A stretch of DNA of 64,000 nucleotides from contig JBFWJS010000007.1 in assembly GCA_050253075.1 (NCBI GenBank), positions 32,001-96,000 on the forward strand, read 5' to 3'. Position numbers and translations under genes: made by a program. The stretch is from Deferribacterales bacterium. Its GTDB lineage: Bacteria > Chrysiogenota > Deferribacteres > Deferribacterales > Geovibrionaceae. Of the stretch, positions 1-9,822 are shown piece after piece; position 1 is the stretch's first letter; every line of letters starts with the position of its first letter. Under the pieces are notes generated by a model. The model was not told the origin of the DNA and searched no databases. It was given only the letters and a program-made list of their open reading frames with translations.

Positions 1-525
1 GTCAAGATATGCGGTGTGAAGACACCCGAGATGGCTGATGCCGTGTGTAAACTCGGTGCTGACATCATCGGTGTCGTCGCCCATAAAAAGAGCAAGCGAT
101 ACATCACCCCTGAACAGGCGAAAGCCATAAAGGAAGCTATCGGCGGAAGATGCCCTATGGCTGTGGTGGCGGTGTCTAAGGACGAGTGTGTGGAGTATGA
201 AGACTTCGCAGATTATGTTCAGGCGGACGATGCCAACTGCTCTGAAAAGCACATCTTGTGCGGCGAGGAAAAGCCCGATGGAGAGTTTAAATATTTCCTG
301 TATGATGCGAGCCGCGGAGCTGGGATATATTCAGACTATCCCGACTGGGTCGCAGACTACAGAGACATCCTGATACTGGCGGGCGGGCTGACACCCGACA
401 ATGTCGAGAAGGTCATTGAAATGTATAAACCCTTCGGCGTGGATGTTTCCAGCGGGGTTGAGACAGACGGCGAAAAAGACTTGGAAAAGATAAAAGATTT
501 TATAAATAAAGCAAAAGGAATCTGA
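1..525 (+). CDS. trpF: Phosphoribosylanthranilate isomerase (5' end just outside window)
   Basis: Frame from base 1 reads VKICGVKT (N-terminal KICG motif). LAGGLTPDNV and GVDVSSGVE motifs present. Precedes trpB-trpA. Confidence 0.95.
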   Translation, partial: VKICGVKTPEMADAVCKLGADIIGVVAHKKSKRYITPEQAKAIKEAIGGRCPMAVVAVSKDECVEYEDFADYVQADDANCSEKHILCGEEKPDGEFKYFLYDASRGAGIYSDYPDWVADYRDILILAGGLTPDNVEKVIEMYKPFGVDVSSGVETDGEKDLEKIKDFINKAKGI

Positions 526-526
526 T

Positions 527-615
527 GTCACTGCGAGGAAGAGCTAAAGCTCTGACAAAGCAGTCTCTGGGGTCATTAATCTGTACAGAGATTGCTTCAC
601 TTCGTTCGCAATGAC
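527..615. repeat. REP-like palindromic element (GTCACTGCGAG...TTCGCAATGAC)
   Basis: Imperfect inverted arms GTCACTGCGAGG..AAGCAGTCTCTG / CAGAGATTGCTTC..TTCGCAATGAC. Related copy at 52168-52264. Confidence 0.85.
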
Positions 616-631
616 AAAAAGCGAGGATAAT

Positions 632-1795
632 ATGTACGAAAAAATGTTTTACGGCAGATACGGCGGTCAGTTCGTTCCTGAAACGCTTATTCCTGCAGTC
701 GATGAGCTGGAGGCAAAATTCGAACAGCTCAAAGACGATAAAAAGTTTAAAAGCGAGCTGAACGAACTCTTAACAAGATACGCAGGAAGGCCTACGCCGC
801 TGTATAAAGCACAGAGTCTTTCCGATAAGTATGGGTGTGAGATTTACCTGAAACGTGAGGATCTGATGCATACAGGGTCTCACAAGCTGAATAATACACT
901 CGGTCAGGCACTCCTTACCAAATATATGGGTAAAAAGAGAGTGATAGCCGAGACAGGCGCAGGACAGCACGGCGTGGCTACGGCTACTGTTGCTGCTCTC
1001 TTCGGGCTGGAATGTACTGTTTATATGGGTGCTCTAGACGTTGAGAGACAGGCGCCGAACGTGAAGCGTATGGAGCTTCTCGGTGCGGAGGTCGTGCCTG
1101 TTACAGAGGGGCAGGGTACGCTGAAAGAAGCGACAAATGCCGCTCTTCGTGAGTGGGTTTCCAGTGTGGAGACTACGCACTACATCATCGGTTCCATTGT
1201 AGGACCTTATCCTTTTCCAAAGATCGTGGCACACTTTCAGTCTGTCATAGGGGAAGAGGCTAATGCTCAGTGCAAAGAGCTCGGATTCACCCCTGACTGC
1301 GTGGTGGCATGTGTCGGCGGCGGAAGCAACGCCATCGGTATATTCAACGGCTTCCTAGATAAGCAGTGCGAGATATACGGTGTGGAAGCGGGCGGTATAT
1401 CAGACGAACCGTGCAAGCACGCCAGAACACTCGGCAAAGGCAGACCGGGCGTACTCCACGGTGCATATACATACCTGATACAGACTGACGAACATCAGAT
1501 AATGGATGTCCACTCCATATCAGCCGGGCTTGACTATCCGGGTATAGGACCTGCACACGCAATGCTGCACGATGTGGGCAGAGCGAGGTATGGTTATGTG
1601 CGTGACGACGAGGCTCTGAACGCATTTAAAGAACTCTCCAGAAACGAGGGGATAATCCCCGCTCTGGAATCAAGCCATGCGCTTGCATACGTTCTGGAAA
1701 ATAAAGAACAGTTCAAAGGTAAAAAGGTTCTGGTGAGCCTTTCAGGAAGAGGGGATAAGGACATGGCCGCTATCCTCGAAAGGGGGCTGATATGA
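632..1795 (+). CDS. trpB: Tryptophan synthase beta chain
   Basis: [21 protein letters not shown] (PLP lysine), [17 protein letters not shown] and SGRGDKD motifs. ATG 632 has a GAGGA RBS; an alternative in-frame ATG lies at 611. Confidence 0.97.
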   Translation: MYEKMFYGRYGGQFVPETLIPAVDELEAKFEQLKDDKKFKSELNELLTRYAGRPTPLYKAQSLSDKYGCEIYLKREDLMHTGSHKLNNTLGQALLTKYMGKKRVIAETGAGQHGVATATVAALFGLECTVYMGALDVERQAPNVKRMELLGAEVVPVTEGQGTLKEATNAALREWVSSVETTHYIIGSIVGPYPFPKIVAHFQSVIGEEANAQCKELGFTPDCVVACVGGGSNAIGIFNGFLDKQCEIYGVEAGGISDEPCKHARTLGKGRPGVLHGAYTYLIQTDEHQIMDVHSISAGLDYPGIGPAHAMLHDVGRARYGYVRDDEALNAFKELSRNEGIIPALESSHALAYVLENKEQFKGKKVLVSLSGRGDKDMAAILERGLI

Positions 1796-2496
1796 AAGGT
1801 TTTTACATAGTAGGCGGGTATCCCGACAGAGATAAATTCAGAGATTGCCTTTTCAGCGTTGCCGAGCAGGGATTTGATTTTGTAGAGATAGGCATTCCTT
1901 TCAGCGAGCCGGTGGCGGACGGTCCCGTTATATGCGGAGCTATCCACGAGGCAGTTGCGAAAGGTGTTAACGTAGACGAGATAATGTCCGACGTGCGTGA
2001 GATGAAGGAAAAATATCCGAACATCAAAGCTATAGTAATGACATACGCAAATATATTCACAAGCTACTGTGAAAAGGCTTTCACACAGAGATTCGCAGAT
2101 ATACTGGACGGAGTTATCATCCCCGATGTGCCTCTGCGCATGCAGCAGTGGATAAAGGAGAGAGGGCTCGAGATACCTATCATTCCATTCGTTACACCCG
2201 TATCGAGGAAAGAGGATATCGAGGCTCTGAAAGGTACTGACGCGCCGTTCATTTACTACATCAGCATCATGGGCATCACAGGCTCTGATACTAAGAGCAA
2301 GGGTGCAGACAACGGCATAAAGGCAGGCGAGCTGACAGGCGTGCCTGTTGTCACAGGATTCGGCATACGCACCCCTGAAGATGCGAAAAAAGCTCTGAGC
2401 ACCACAGGCGGTTTCGTAATAGGGACTGAGGCTGTGAAGCGTCAGGGCGACGTGAAGGAATTCAGGGAGTATATCAGCCAGTTTGCAGGGCTGTAA
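1792..2496 (+). CDS. trpA: Tryptophan synthase alpha chain
   Basis: [21 protein letters not shown] and GFGI motifs. ATGA overlap with trpB. Confidence 0.95.
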   Translation: MKGFYIVGGYPDRDKFRDCLFSVAEQGFDFVEIGIPFSEPVADGPVICGAIHEAVAKGVNVDEIMSDVREMKEKYPNIKAIVMTYANIFTSYCEKAFTQRFADILDGVIIPDVPLRMQQWIKERGLEIPIIPFVTPVSRKEDIEALKGTDAPFIYYISIMGITGSDTKSKGADNGIKAGELTGVPVVTGFGIRTPEDAKKALSTTGGFVIGTEAVKRQGDVKEFREYISQFAGL

Positions 2497-2519
2497 AAGA
2501 TAAAGGCGGGTTTTTAGCC

Positions 2520-2751
2520 TAGGGACTTAAAAGACGTGTTGAAATTTTGAAGTAAAATAAGAAAAACCCCAATTTTAATAATAAGATTGGGGTTTTTATG
2601 TTTCAGGAAAATTTTTTCGTCATCCTGAGGCTTTAGCCGAAGGATCTGAACACGTGAATTCTCTAATGGTATCAGATTCTTCGCTACGCTCAGAATGACG
2701 TAGCTGTGTTTGTTTTAGAGATTCTGCAACAAATCTTTTAACAGGCTTGGA
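2520..2751 (+). mobile_element. Non-autonomous MITE-like element, copy 1, inserted in a terminator hairpin
   Basis: Near-identical to 20371-20600. Flanked by 9-bp direct repeat TTTTTAGCC (2511-2519, 2752-2760). Removing it restores AAAGGCGGG-TTTTTAG-CCCGCCTTT. Internal hairpin at 2562-2597 and REP at 2618-2700. Confidence 0.8.
2618..2700. repeat. CGTC-type REP dimer (CGTCATCCTGAG...CTCAGAATGACG)
   Basis: Inverted arms CGTCATCCTGAGGC..GAAGGATCTGA / TCAGATTCTTCG..CTCAGAATGACG. Confidence 0.85.
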
Positions 2752-2768
2752 TTTTTAGCCCGCCTTTT

Positions 2769-3221
2769 TTATTCTATGTCTATTTTTTTGATCTCAGGGT
2801 CGAGTGCATTCGTTATCTTTTCCAGAGATTTCAGGATGTCTTCAGTGTTTTCCTTGCCCAGCTTCTTTTCGTCTATGAAGCAGTCGTCCTCGAGTATTTT
2901 TGTGAGGAGTGCTGTGTATTCTCTGCCTGCGGGCGTTATTTCCAGATATATCGTACGTCTGTCCCCGTCCTTTTTCACACGGTTTACAAAGCCTTTGACC
3001 TCCAGCCTGTCCACTATGCCTGTTATGGCGCTGTTGTTCAGGTTTATCGAGCGGGTGAGCTCTGTGAGGTTCATAGATTCATGCCTGCTTATCTCATAGA
3101 GGGAAAGCATCTGAGGCAGGGTTATGTTGTAGTTGTTATTAAGATATTTAGAGTATTTATCAAGAAATCGTGAAAGTTTTCTTATCTCTAATATGGTCTT
3201 AATGCATATGTTTGTGGACAT
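2769..3221 (-). CDS. MarR family transcriptional regulator
   Basis: ITGIVDRLEVKGFVNRVKKDGDRRTIYLEIT winged-helix signature. Confidence 0.92.
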   Translation of the reverse strand: MSTNICIKTILEIRKLSRFLDKYSKYLNNNYNITLPQMLSLYEISRHESMNLTELTRSINLNNSAITGIVDRLEVKGFVNRVKKDGDRRTIYLEITPAGREYTALLTKILEDDCFIDEKKLGKENTEDILKSLEKITNALDPEIKKIDIE

Positions 3222-3301
3222 ACATTTCTCCTGAAAGTATCAGAGATAATAAGATTATATACGGGAAATGTCAATCTGAACGGTATGTGAGACTTACCCA
3301 A

Positions 3302-3715
3302 TCAGGGTTTGCACTTACTGCAGATGCCTGTGGTCGTTATCTTGCATTCGGATATCTGTCTGTTGGACAGCTCTCTGATAGTGTCGACTATCTGCATAGT
3401 GTCAAAGTGGATGTCCTCTATCTCGCCGCAGACGGAGCATATATGGTGTATGTGCGGGTCTATGTTTAGCTCATACATGGTCTTTTTACCGTTTACGCTC
3501 ACTTCGGATATGATGTCTTTCTCAACGAGTGAGTGCATGTTTTTGTATATGGTGGCAAGGGAGAGCGAAGGTATCTGCTTTTTCAGCCTTTCATAGAGAG
3601 AGTCGATGTCGATGTGTCCGGCATTGTCTATCTCTTTGCATATCATAAGGCGCTGTGCTGTGGCACGAAGTCCTTTCATTCTCAGTTTGTTGTCGATGTT
3701 TTCTAATCTGTTCAT
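3302..3715 (-). CDS. Fur family regulator (PerR-like)
   Basis: GLRATAQR, SLATIYKN, HIHHICSVCG and C-terminal CSKC. Start is ATG 3715 or TTG 3721. Confidence 0.9.
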   Translation of the reverse strand: MNRLENIDNKLRMKGLRATAQRLMICKEIDNAGHIDIDSLYERLKKQIPSLSLATIYKNMHSLVEKDIISEVSVNGKKTMYELNIDPHIHHICSVCGEIEDIHFDTMQIVDTIRELSNRQISECKITTTGICSKCKP

Positions 3716-3786
3716 AAACAAACATTACATAATGAGACCTTTTTTGTCAACTATTAATTTGCATATACATCGAAATGCATATAAAT

Positions 3787-3815
3787 AAAAAAGGCCGATC
3801 GCAGTGACCGGCCTT
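3787..3815 (-). terminator. Intrinsic terminator after TRAP permease
   Basis: AAGGCCG..CGGCCTT stem with an A-run on the + strand (U-tail on the - strand). Confidence 0.7.
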
Positions 3816-3823
3816 AGTAGTTG

Positions 3824-5722
3824 TTAGGCAACAGCTTTCTTCTTTCTGAAGAAAACGATCCAGTGGAAGCTCATCAGGTACGAATAAATGTATGTACCGA
3901 CGATCACTGATGCAAATGTTATGGCTATCGTTGTCGGAGAGTACCAGACATAAGAGTCTGTCTCTTTGATATAGTGGTACATGCTGAAAGCAGGCACATA
4001 TGCAAAGAGGAACGGTCCGAGATATAGGAACTTCGCAAATTTAAACGAGTTGAAGGCGGTTAGCCACATATTCGCCTTTGCGATGGTCGCCCCTGCGAAA
4101 GCCGCAATACACACCGGCGGTGTGATGTTTGAGTCCTGAGACAGCCAGTAAACTATCATGTGGGCAGCGATTGGCGAAACGCCAAGCTCTGTGAGCGCAG
4201 GAACCGCAACAACAGCAGTGATAAGATATGCCGCCGTAACAGGCACACCCATACCGAGTACGAGTGAAGCGAGCGCAATGAGCAGGATTGTGAGCCAGAG
4301 CTTACCTGCTGCGAGGTGTATGATGATAGAGCTGAATGTCAGCGTCAGACCGGAGTATGTCAGCATTGATATGATGATACCGATAACGCCGACTGTCGCG
4401 CCTATTTTAAGGCTTGATTCTGTTCCGTTTCTGGACGCTTCAACGAATTCTTTGAGGTCGATTTTAAGCTCTTTCCTCAGTCCTGCCCATCCGAGAGCGC
4501 AGAGTGTGGAAAGACCTGCTGAAAGCTCGTTTACAGCCTCCAGACTTTTATATGTGTCGATCACGAGGACAGCCACGAGCACAACAGTGAATATTGTTAC
4601 GTATCTGGAACCTCTGGTCCATGTGATAACCATGCAGGAAAGCAAGCCGACAACGGCAGAGTATCCGGGAGATTTACCCATTACCATAAGGATAGTGATG
4701 AGTACCAGCGGCATTACAAAGTGCCAGCCTTCTTTCAGTATCTCCTTTGGGCTTACTTCGGATTTATCTCCTCTGATGTTGTGTATCTTCGCTTCGAAAT
4801 GAACCATAACGAAAACGCTGAAGAAATACATCAGAGCAGGGAATATCGCGATTATCATGATGTAGTTGTAAGGTATCTCGGTGAGCTCTGCCATGATGAA
4901 ACCGCCCGCACCCATGATAGGAGGCATGAACATACCGCCGATGGATGCCGCAGGCTCAACGGCTCCTGCTATGTGAGGCTTGAAACTGGCCTTTTTCATA
5001 AGCGGGATGGTGAAAGCACCTGTAGACACTGTGTTGGCAATGGCAGAACCGGATATGGAACCGAATATCGCACTGGCGATAACAGCAACCTTTGCAGGGC
5101 CGCCTGTCTTGTGTCCGACAGCAGCGAGCGGGAGGTCGATGAAGAATTTCTGAGCGCCGGACTTCTCAAGGAATGCTCCGAAAAGCACGAAAAGAAGTAC
5201 ATATGTAGCCAGAACGTCTGCCATGATCCCGAAAACGCCGTCGTTTGTAAGGTATATCGCAACGGAGATAGTATCGAGGAAGTTTCCGCCTGAGTGCTGG
5301 AACAGCTCAGGAACTTTATCCCCGAAAACACCGTAAAGGATCATTGCGCCGCCGAGCAGTACGAAAACAGTACCGACGGCACGCCTTGCCACTTCGATGC
5401 CCATGATAACCCCGACAACGGACATCCACTGGTCCATAAGGTTCTCTGCGCCTGCTCTGTAGTTGATATCGATGAAGAATATCATGAAATATAAAACAGG
5501 AACGCAGGCTGCGATTATTAATATATAGTCAAGGATTCTAAGCCATTTATTTTTAGATTTGTAAATAATGAAAATCAAAAGATATGTGATAAACACATAT
5601 ATACCTTTATGGTATTCGGTTGATGCGGGCTTTATAAGTGCGGAGTAGGAGTAGAAGAGTACCAGAAATACGGCCGCTACATCAAATATGATTTTTTCAA
5701 ACTTGTTTAGATTAGCATACAC
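3824..5722 (-). CDS. TRAP transporter fused 4TM/12TM permease
   Basis: GGPAKVAV, SGSAIAN, MPPIMGAGGF and ITPPVC motifs. Follows a TAXI gene. Confidence 0.93.
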   Translation of the reverse strand: MYANLNKFEKIIFDVAAVFLVLFYSYSALIKPASTEYHKGIYVFITYLLIFIIYKSKNKWLRILDYILIIAACVPVLYFMIFFIDINYRAGAENLMDQWMSVVGVIMGIEVARRAVGTVFVLLGGAMILYGVFGDKVPELFQHSGGNFLDTISVAIYLTNDGVFGIMADVLATYVLLFVLFGAFLEKSGAQKFFIDLPLAAVGHKTGGPAKVAVIASAIFGSISGSAIANTVSTGAFTIPLMKKASFKPHIAGAVEPAASIGGMFMPPIMGAGGFIMAELTEIPYNYIMIIAIFPALMYFFSVFVMVHFEAKIHNIRGDKSEVSPKEILKEGWHFVMPLVLITILMVMGKSPGYSAVVGLLSCMVITWTRGSRYVTIFTVVLVAVLVIDTYKSLEAVNELSAGLSTLCALGWAGLRKELKIDLKEFVEASRNGTESSLKIGATVGVIGIIISMLTYSGLTLTFSSIIIHLAAGKLWLTILLIALASLVLGMGVPVTAAYLITAVVAVPALTELGVSPIAAHMIVYWLSQDSNITPPVCIAAFAGATIAKANMWLTAFNSFKFAKFLYLGPFLFAYVPAFSMYHYIKETDSYVWYSPTTIAITFASVIVGTYIYSYLMSFHWIVFFRKKKAVA

Positions 5723-5736
5723 TGCAATCTCTCCTT

Positions 5737-5770
5737 AAAAAAAGCGGCAGACAATTAAGCCCGCCGCTTT
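5737..5770 (-). terminator. Intergenic hairpin/partial terminator between TAXI and permease
   Basis: AAAGCGGC..GCCGCTTT stem with U-tail on the - strand. Confidence 0.55.
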
Positions 5771-5795
5771 GTTGCAAACTTTAATAGGTTGTAAA

Positions 5796-6773
5796 TTACT
5801 CGATAACGCCCATTTCTTTCCAGAACTTCTCAGCACCTGGGTGGAGTTTGAGCTTTGCAGTACCTTTTGTACCGCCGGCGATGCTCATCTCTTTAGCTGT
5901 CTTTTTGATAGTAACGAGGTAAGCGAGGCCTTCCTGGCTGTATACAGATTTGATCATGTTGTAAACAACATCATCAGGCACTTTATCGCTGGCGATCCAG
6001 AGAGCTGAATCCTGGAAGGATTTAACAGTTTCTGTCTGGCCTTTGTAAGTGTTTGCAGGGATATCAAGTCCGCTGTAGAATGGGAATTCTTCGAATACGC
6101 CATGGCTTACAGCGTCAGTGTAAACATCTATGAGTTTGATATCGTTCTGCTGTGCAGCTTGGATAACAGCAGCTGTAGGATATCCTGCGAATATCCAGAA
6201 AGCGTCGAGCTGTTTGTTGCTGAAAGCAGCAGCAGCGTTGTTATAACCGAGGAACTGTGGCTCCATTTTGTCCCAAACGCCCATTCCTTTGAAGAAACGC
6301 TCAGCGTTTGCAGCAGCACCGGAACCGCCTTTACCAACAGCTACTCTCTTACCTGCGAGGTCAGCAGCAGAGTTGATACCGGAATCGGCTCTTACGATAA
6401 GCTGAGCAGGCGCACCGTAAAGATAACCGACAGCTCTGATACCCTCATAAGTTGTTGTGTCCTGAGGTGAGAGCTTTCCAACGGAAGCGAGGTATGTGTC
6501 ACCGGCGTATGCAATACCGAAATCGGCTTTACCGGCGGAAATGAGTCTTACGTTCTGGGTTGAGCCCGCAGAAGCAGAAACGTTAACCTTATTCATACCA
6601 AGAAGTTTTTTGTCATTTGTCCACTGGCTGATACCTGAAGCGAAGTACTGGAATGTACCGCCGGAAGGTCCGCCGGAGAACTTGTAGACTTTTGCTTCGG
6701 ATGAAGCAGGAAATGCTACAAGAACAGCTGTTACAGCAAAAACTGCAGCAAGTGTCATGATGAACTTTTTCAT
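5796..6773 (-). CDS. TAXI family TRAP solute-binding protein
   Basis: Signal peptide; GPSGGTF, SAGSTQN and LHPGAEKF motifs. ATG 6773 has a GGAGG RBS. Confidence 0.93.
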   Translation of the reverse strand: MKKFIMTLAAVFAVTAVLVAFPASSEAKVYKFSGGPSGGTFQYFASGISQWTNDKKLLGMNKVNVSASAGSTQNVRLISAGKADFGIAYAGDTYLASVGKLSPQDTTTYEGIRAVGYLYGAPAQLIVRADSGINSAADLAGKRVAVGKGGSGAAANAERFFKGMGVWDKMEPQFLGYNNAAAAFSNKQLDAFWIFAGYPTAAVIQAAQQNDIKLIDVYTDAVSHGVFEEFPFYSGLDIPANTYKGQTETVKSFQDSALWIASDKVPDDVVYNMIKSVYSQEGLAYLVTIKKTAKEMSIAGGTKGTAKLKLHPGAEKFWKEMGVIE

Positions 6774-6982
6774 AGAACATCCTCCTTTCAAATACATAGA
6801 TAAACTTTTTATCATGGGTAATTAAATAATACAAGATTATTTTATATTTGTAAGGAAGAATACAGACGCAACAGTAAGTCTAGTCTAAATGTTTATAAAA
6901 GAAGACTAAATTTCTATGAAACAAAGTTAAAATGCGTTCTGTTATTGTTAATGTAAAGAAACTGCGTGCCTAGTATGTTTTA

Positions 6983-7438
6983 CTATTGCAAAACTTTTCT
7001 CACCACGAAAACACAGCAATTTGCTTTACGTACAACCTTTTCTGTTGTACTGCCTGTGAAGAAGCCTTCCAGAGCGTTTTTACCTTTGGATGATATAACG
7101 ATGAGGTCCACTGCGAGCTTGTCGGACAGCTTCAGTATTTTGTCATAAGGAGAACCTGTCTCGTAGTGTGTCTCATACACGATATCTGTGCCTGCGAGGT
7201 ATTTGTCTATCTTTGCCTGCATGAGCTGAGCGTTGTAGTCGGAGAGGTGCTTTTTAACTTCGCCGATCTTCTCGTCATCGAGGAAAAACATAGGCATATG
7301 CTCTGTATCCTGAGTGGAAACATGGACAAGGTGTATCTTAGAACCGAACTCCTTCGCGAGCTCAACAGCCTGTGCGAGTGCAGCTTCGGAATATTCTGAA
7401 AAGTCTGTTGGGACAAGTATCTCTTTGGGTCTAAACAT
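6983..7438 (-). CDS. Universal stress protein
   Basis: ILVPTDFSEYS and GSTTEKVVRKANC motifs. Confidence 0.92.
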   Translation of the reverse strand: MFRPKEILVPTDFSEYSEAALAQAVELAKEFGSKIHLVHVSTQDTEHMPMFFLDDEKIGEVKKHLSDYNAQLMQAKIDKYLAGTDIVYETHYETGSPYDKILKLSDKLAVDLIVISSKGKNALEGFFTGSTTEKVVRKANCCVFVVRKVLQ

Positions 7439-7478
7439 TGTAGCCTCCGAATGAAATTATATATAATGCAGTATAACG

Positions 7479-8234
7479 CTAAATATCTAGTTCCGCTATG
7501 GAATTTATAAAATTATCAGTCAGCTTGCTCACGCCGGGGAAGCGGTTCAGGTATGTTTCTTTACAGTGGAGCATTACACGCTCGCCCGGTGTACCGCCGT
7601 AAAGTTCGTCGCCGTATATCGGATGCCCGAGGTGGGCTAGGTAAGCTCTGAGCTGGTGCCTTGCGGCGTTTTCCATCTCGCATTTAACAAGGGTGCAGCT
7701 CCCGTATTTTTCGACAGGGGTGAATGTCGTCATGTATCCGCCTTTTTCATCGGTGACCTTCACCTTGCGCTTCTTATCGGCGTCTATGATGTTATCCATC
7801 TGAACGGTCTCTTTGAATTCACCGTGTACGAGAGCCAGATAAACCTTTCTGGTTTCGAAAACGAAAAAGCCGTCCCAAACGGCGGAGATCACGCCGTCTG
7901 TGGTATAGTCCAGACGTGATATAAAGCTGAATTCAGGGGAGAATTCCCTCAGAACGTCCTCCATAGTGACAGGGTCGTCGGGCTTTTGCAGGTCTGTGTG
8001 CATCCCCGCAGGTTTGTCAAAGTAGACAATGTATTCAAACTCTCTGGCAATGTAGTCCGCAGGGTTCGGCTTTGGTCTTTCGACCTCAGCTTTAAGGCTC
8101 AGTTCGCCTTCGTCGCTGTCTAGGTCTTTTGTGACGGTGATGCCGTCCACAGACATAAAGCCTTCTTTAATATACTTTTTAGCCACACGTACGGATATGC
8201 CGTACTGTTCTGATAAACGTCTGGAGTATCTCAT
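7479..8234 (-). CDS. RluA family pseudouridine synthase
   Basis: KPAGMHT, SRLDYTTDG (catalytic Asp) and HQLRAYLAHLGHPIYGDELYG motifs. Confidence 0.88.
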   Translation of the reverse strand: MRYSRRLSEQYGISVRVAKKYIKEGFMSVDGITVTKDLDSDEGELSLKAEVERPKPNPADYIAREFEYIVYFDKPAGMHTDLQKPDDPVTMEDVLREFSPEFSFISRLDYTTDGVISAVWDGFFVFETRKVYLALVHGEFKETVQMDNIIDADKKRKVKVTDEKGGYMTTFTPVEKYGSCTLVKCEMENAARHQLRAYLAHLGHPIYGDELYGGTPGERVMLHCKETYLNRFPGVSKLTDNFINSIAELDI

Positions 8235-8296
8235 AAGAATTTAATCTCATATGTTTTACTTAATTGCAACAGACAAAGAATATGATATAAAAGAAT

Positions 8297-9067
8297 ATGT
8301 TTGAATACAGATACGGAGAGCTCTCCGAAGAAACACTTTTAAAACTGGAAGACATGGGCATTTATCCTATCGAAGAAAGCTTCGTGGGCGAGTCTGTGTG
8401 TAATATAATCTATTTCGATGAAACTCTGCCTGAGATCATCGACGAAGAATACGTAAGCCGTGTGGATGTCGAGGAGACAGGATGGGAGGAAAAATGGAAA
8501 GAATTTATACACCCCGGGTTCCTCACAGACACCATCAGATACGAATTTGATACGGCTTTAGTGTCCGATGAGAACACTATCATAATAAACCCTTCGATGG
8601 CTTTCGGCACAGGCACACACCCGACGACAAGGTGCGCTGCACGCCTGCTGGAGCATGTGTGCGAAGGGAAGAATGTCATGGATATAGGCTGCGGAAGCGG
8701 TATCCTTGCTTTAACAGCGGCAAAGCGCGGTGCGAAAGAGGTCTTTGCTTTTGATAATGACCCTGTGGCGCTGGTAAACACTTACGAAAATATTAAACTG
8801 AACAATATTGATAATATGCACGCATGGGTTGGTGAGATAGGCGGATTCAAAGGTGAGGTGGATGTCGTAGTGGCAAACATCATCACATCCGTGCTGAAGA
8901 TCATCCATCCCGACGTGATGAAGCTGAAGCCTGAATACATCGTATATTCAGGGATATTAGACTCTGAGTGCGAAGGGTTCATATCCGCATTAGACCTCGA
9001 GGGTTATGATGTGGTGGACACCAGCAGCATCGAAGAATGGCGCGGAGTGCTTATAAAATGCCGGTAA
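8297..9067 (+). CDS. prmA: Ribosomal protein L11 methyltransferase
   Basis: INPSMAFGTGTHPTT, DIGCGSGIL and VVANI motifs. Confidence 0.93.
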   Translation: MFEYRYGELSEETLLKLEDMGIYPIEESFVGESVCNIIYFDETLPEIIDEEYVSRVDVEETGWEEKWKEFIHPGFLTDTIRYEFDTALVSDENTIIINPSMAFGTGTHPTTRCAARLLEHVCEGKNVMDIGCGSGILALTAAKRGAKEVFAFDNDPVALVNTYENIKLNNIDNMHAWVGEIGGFKGEVDVVVANIITSVLKIIHPDVMKLKPEYIVYSGILDSECEGFISALDLEGYDVVDTSSIEEWRGVLIKCR

Positions 9068-9822
9068 CAGCCGTAATAGGCGATATCCACGGGTGCATCC
9101 GCACTCTGGATAAGTTGATAAACGACATTGAAAAACGTTTCAGCGATGTACAGTATATCTCCCTCGGCGACATCATAGACAGAGGGCCGGGAATATGCGA
9201 TGTCATGCGTCTGCTGATGATGATGAAGTCCGAAGGAAAGCTGGAGATGCTTCGTGGAAACCACGAAGACGTGCTCATAGACTTCGCCGATAAGACAAAC
9301 GACTACAGCCACCAGAGATGGCTCGATTACGGCGGTCGTGAGACCCTTGCGTGCCTCTCGGGCAGGTCTATCCCATATCATGCCGAAGACCTCGATGCGG
9401 ATGACTATATTCCGTATATAAAGCCTTTTCTTGAATTCCTAGAGAGTGCCGAATACAAGCTCGGTATGAGATTTGACAATAACAACTTCATGTTTTCCCA
9501 TGCAGGGATAGGGCCTTCCATAGGTAAGTCCCACATGGTCGAAGAATTTCAGGCCAGGGAGAACTATCTCTTTATGTGGTCACGTGATACATGGCGCTCC
9601 ACAGAGCAGTATTACGGATATACCATGGTGCACGGGCACACACCAGTGAAAGAGATAGAGGTTCACAACGACCCTCACAAACCGTTCGTAAACAAAAACA
9701 AAAGGGGCGAGCTGGTGAGCATCGCACTCGATACAGGCTGTGTATACGGCTATTCTCTCAGCAGCATGATAATAGACACCTGTGGGGATTATGAATTTCT
9801 CTCTGTGAGGAACTGTGAATGA
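9058..9822 (+). CDS. Calcineurin-like metallophosphoesterase (Ser/Thr phosphatase family)
   Basis: GDIHG, GDIIDRG, GNHE, HAG, HGHTP and DTGC motifs. Confidence 0.9.
   Translation: MPVTAVIGDIHGCIRTLDKLINDIEKRFSDVQYISLGDIIDRGPGICDVMRLLMMMKSEGKLEMLRGNHEDVLIDFADKTNDYSHQRWLDYGGRETLACLSGRSIPYHAEDLDADDYIPYIKPFLEFLESAEYKLGMRFDNNNFMFSHAGIGPSIGKSHMVEEFQARENYLFMWSRDTWRSTEQYYGYTMVHGHTPVKEIEVHNDPHKPFVNKNKRGELVSIALDTGCVYGYSLSSMIIDTCGDYEFLSVRNCE

Noticed and set aside
525..614. Mini-ORF as a Trp attenuator leader
   Set aside because: It contains no Trp codons, lies mid-operon and is REP-derived.
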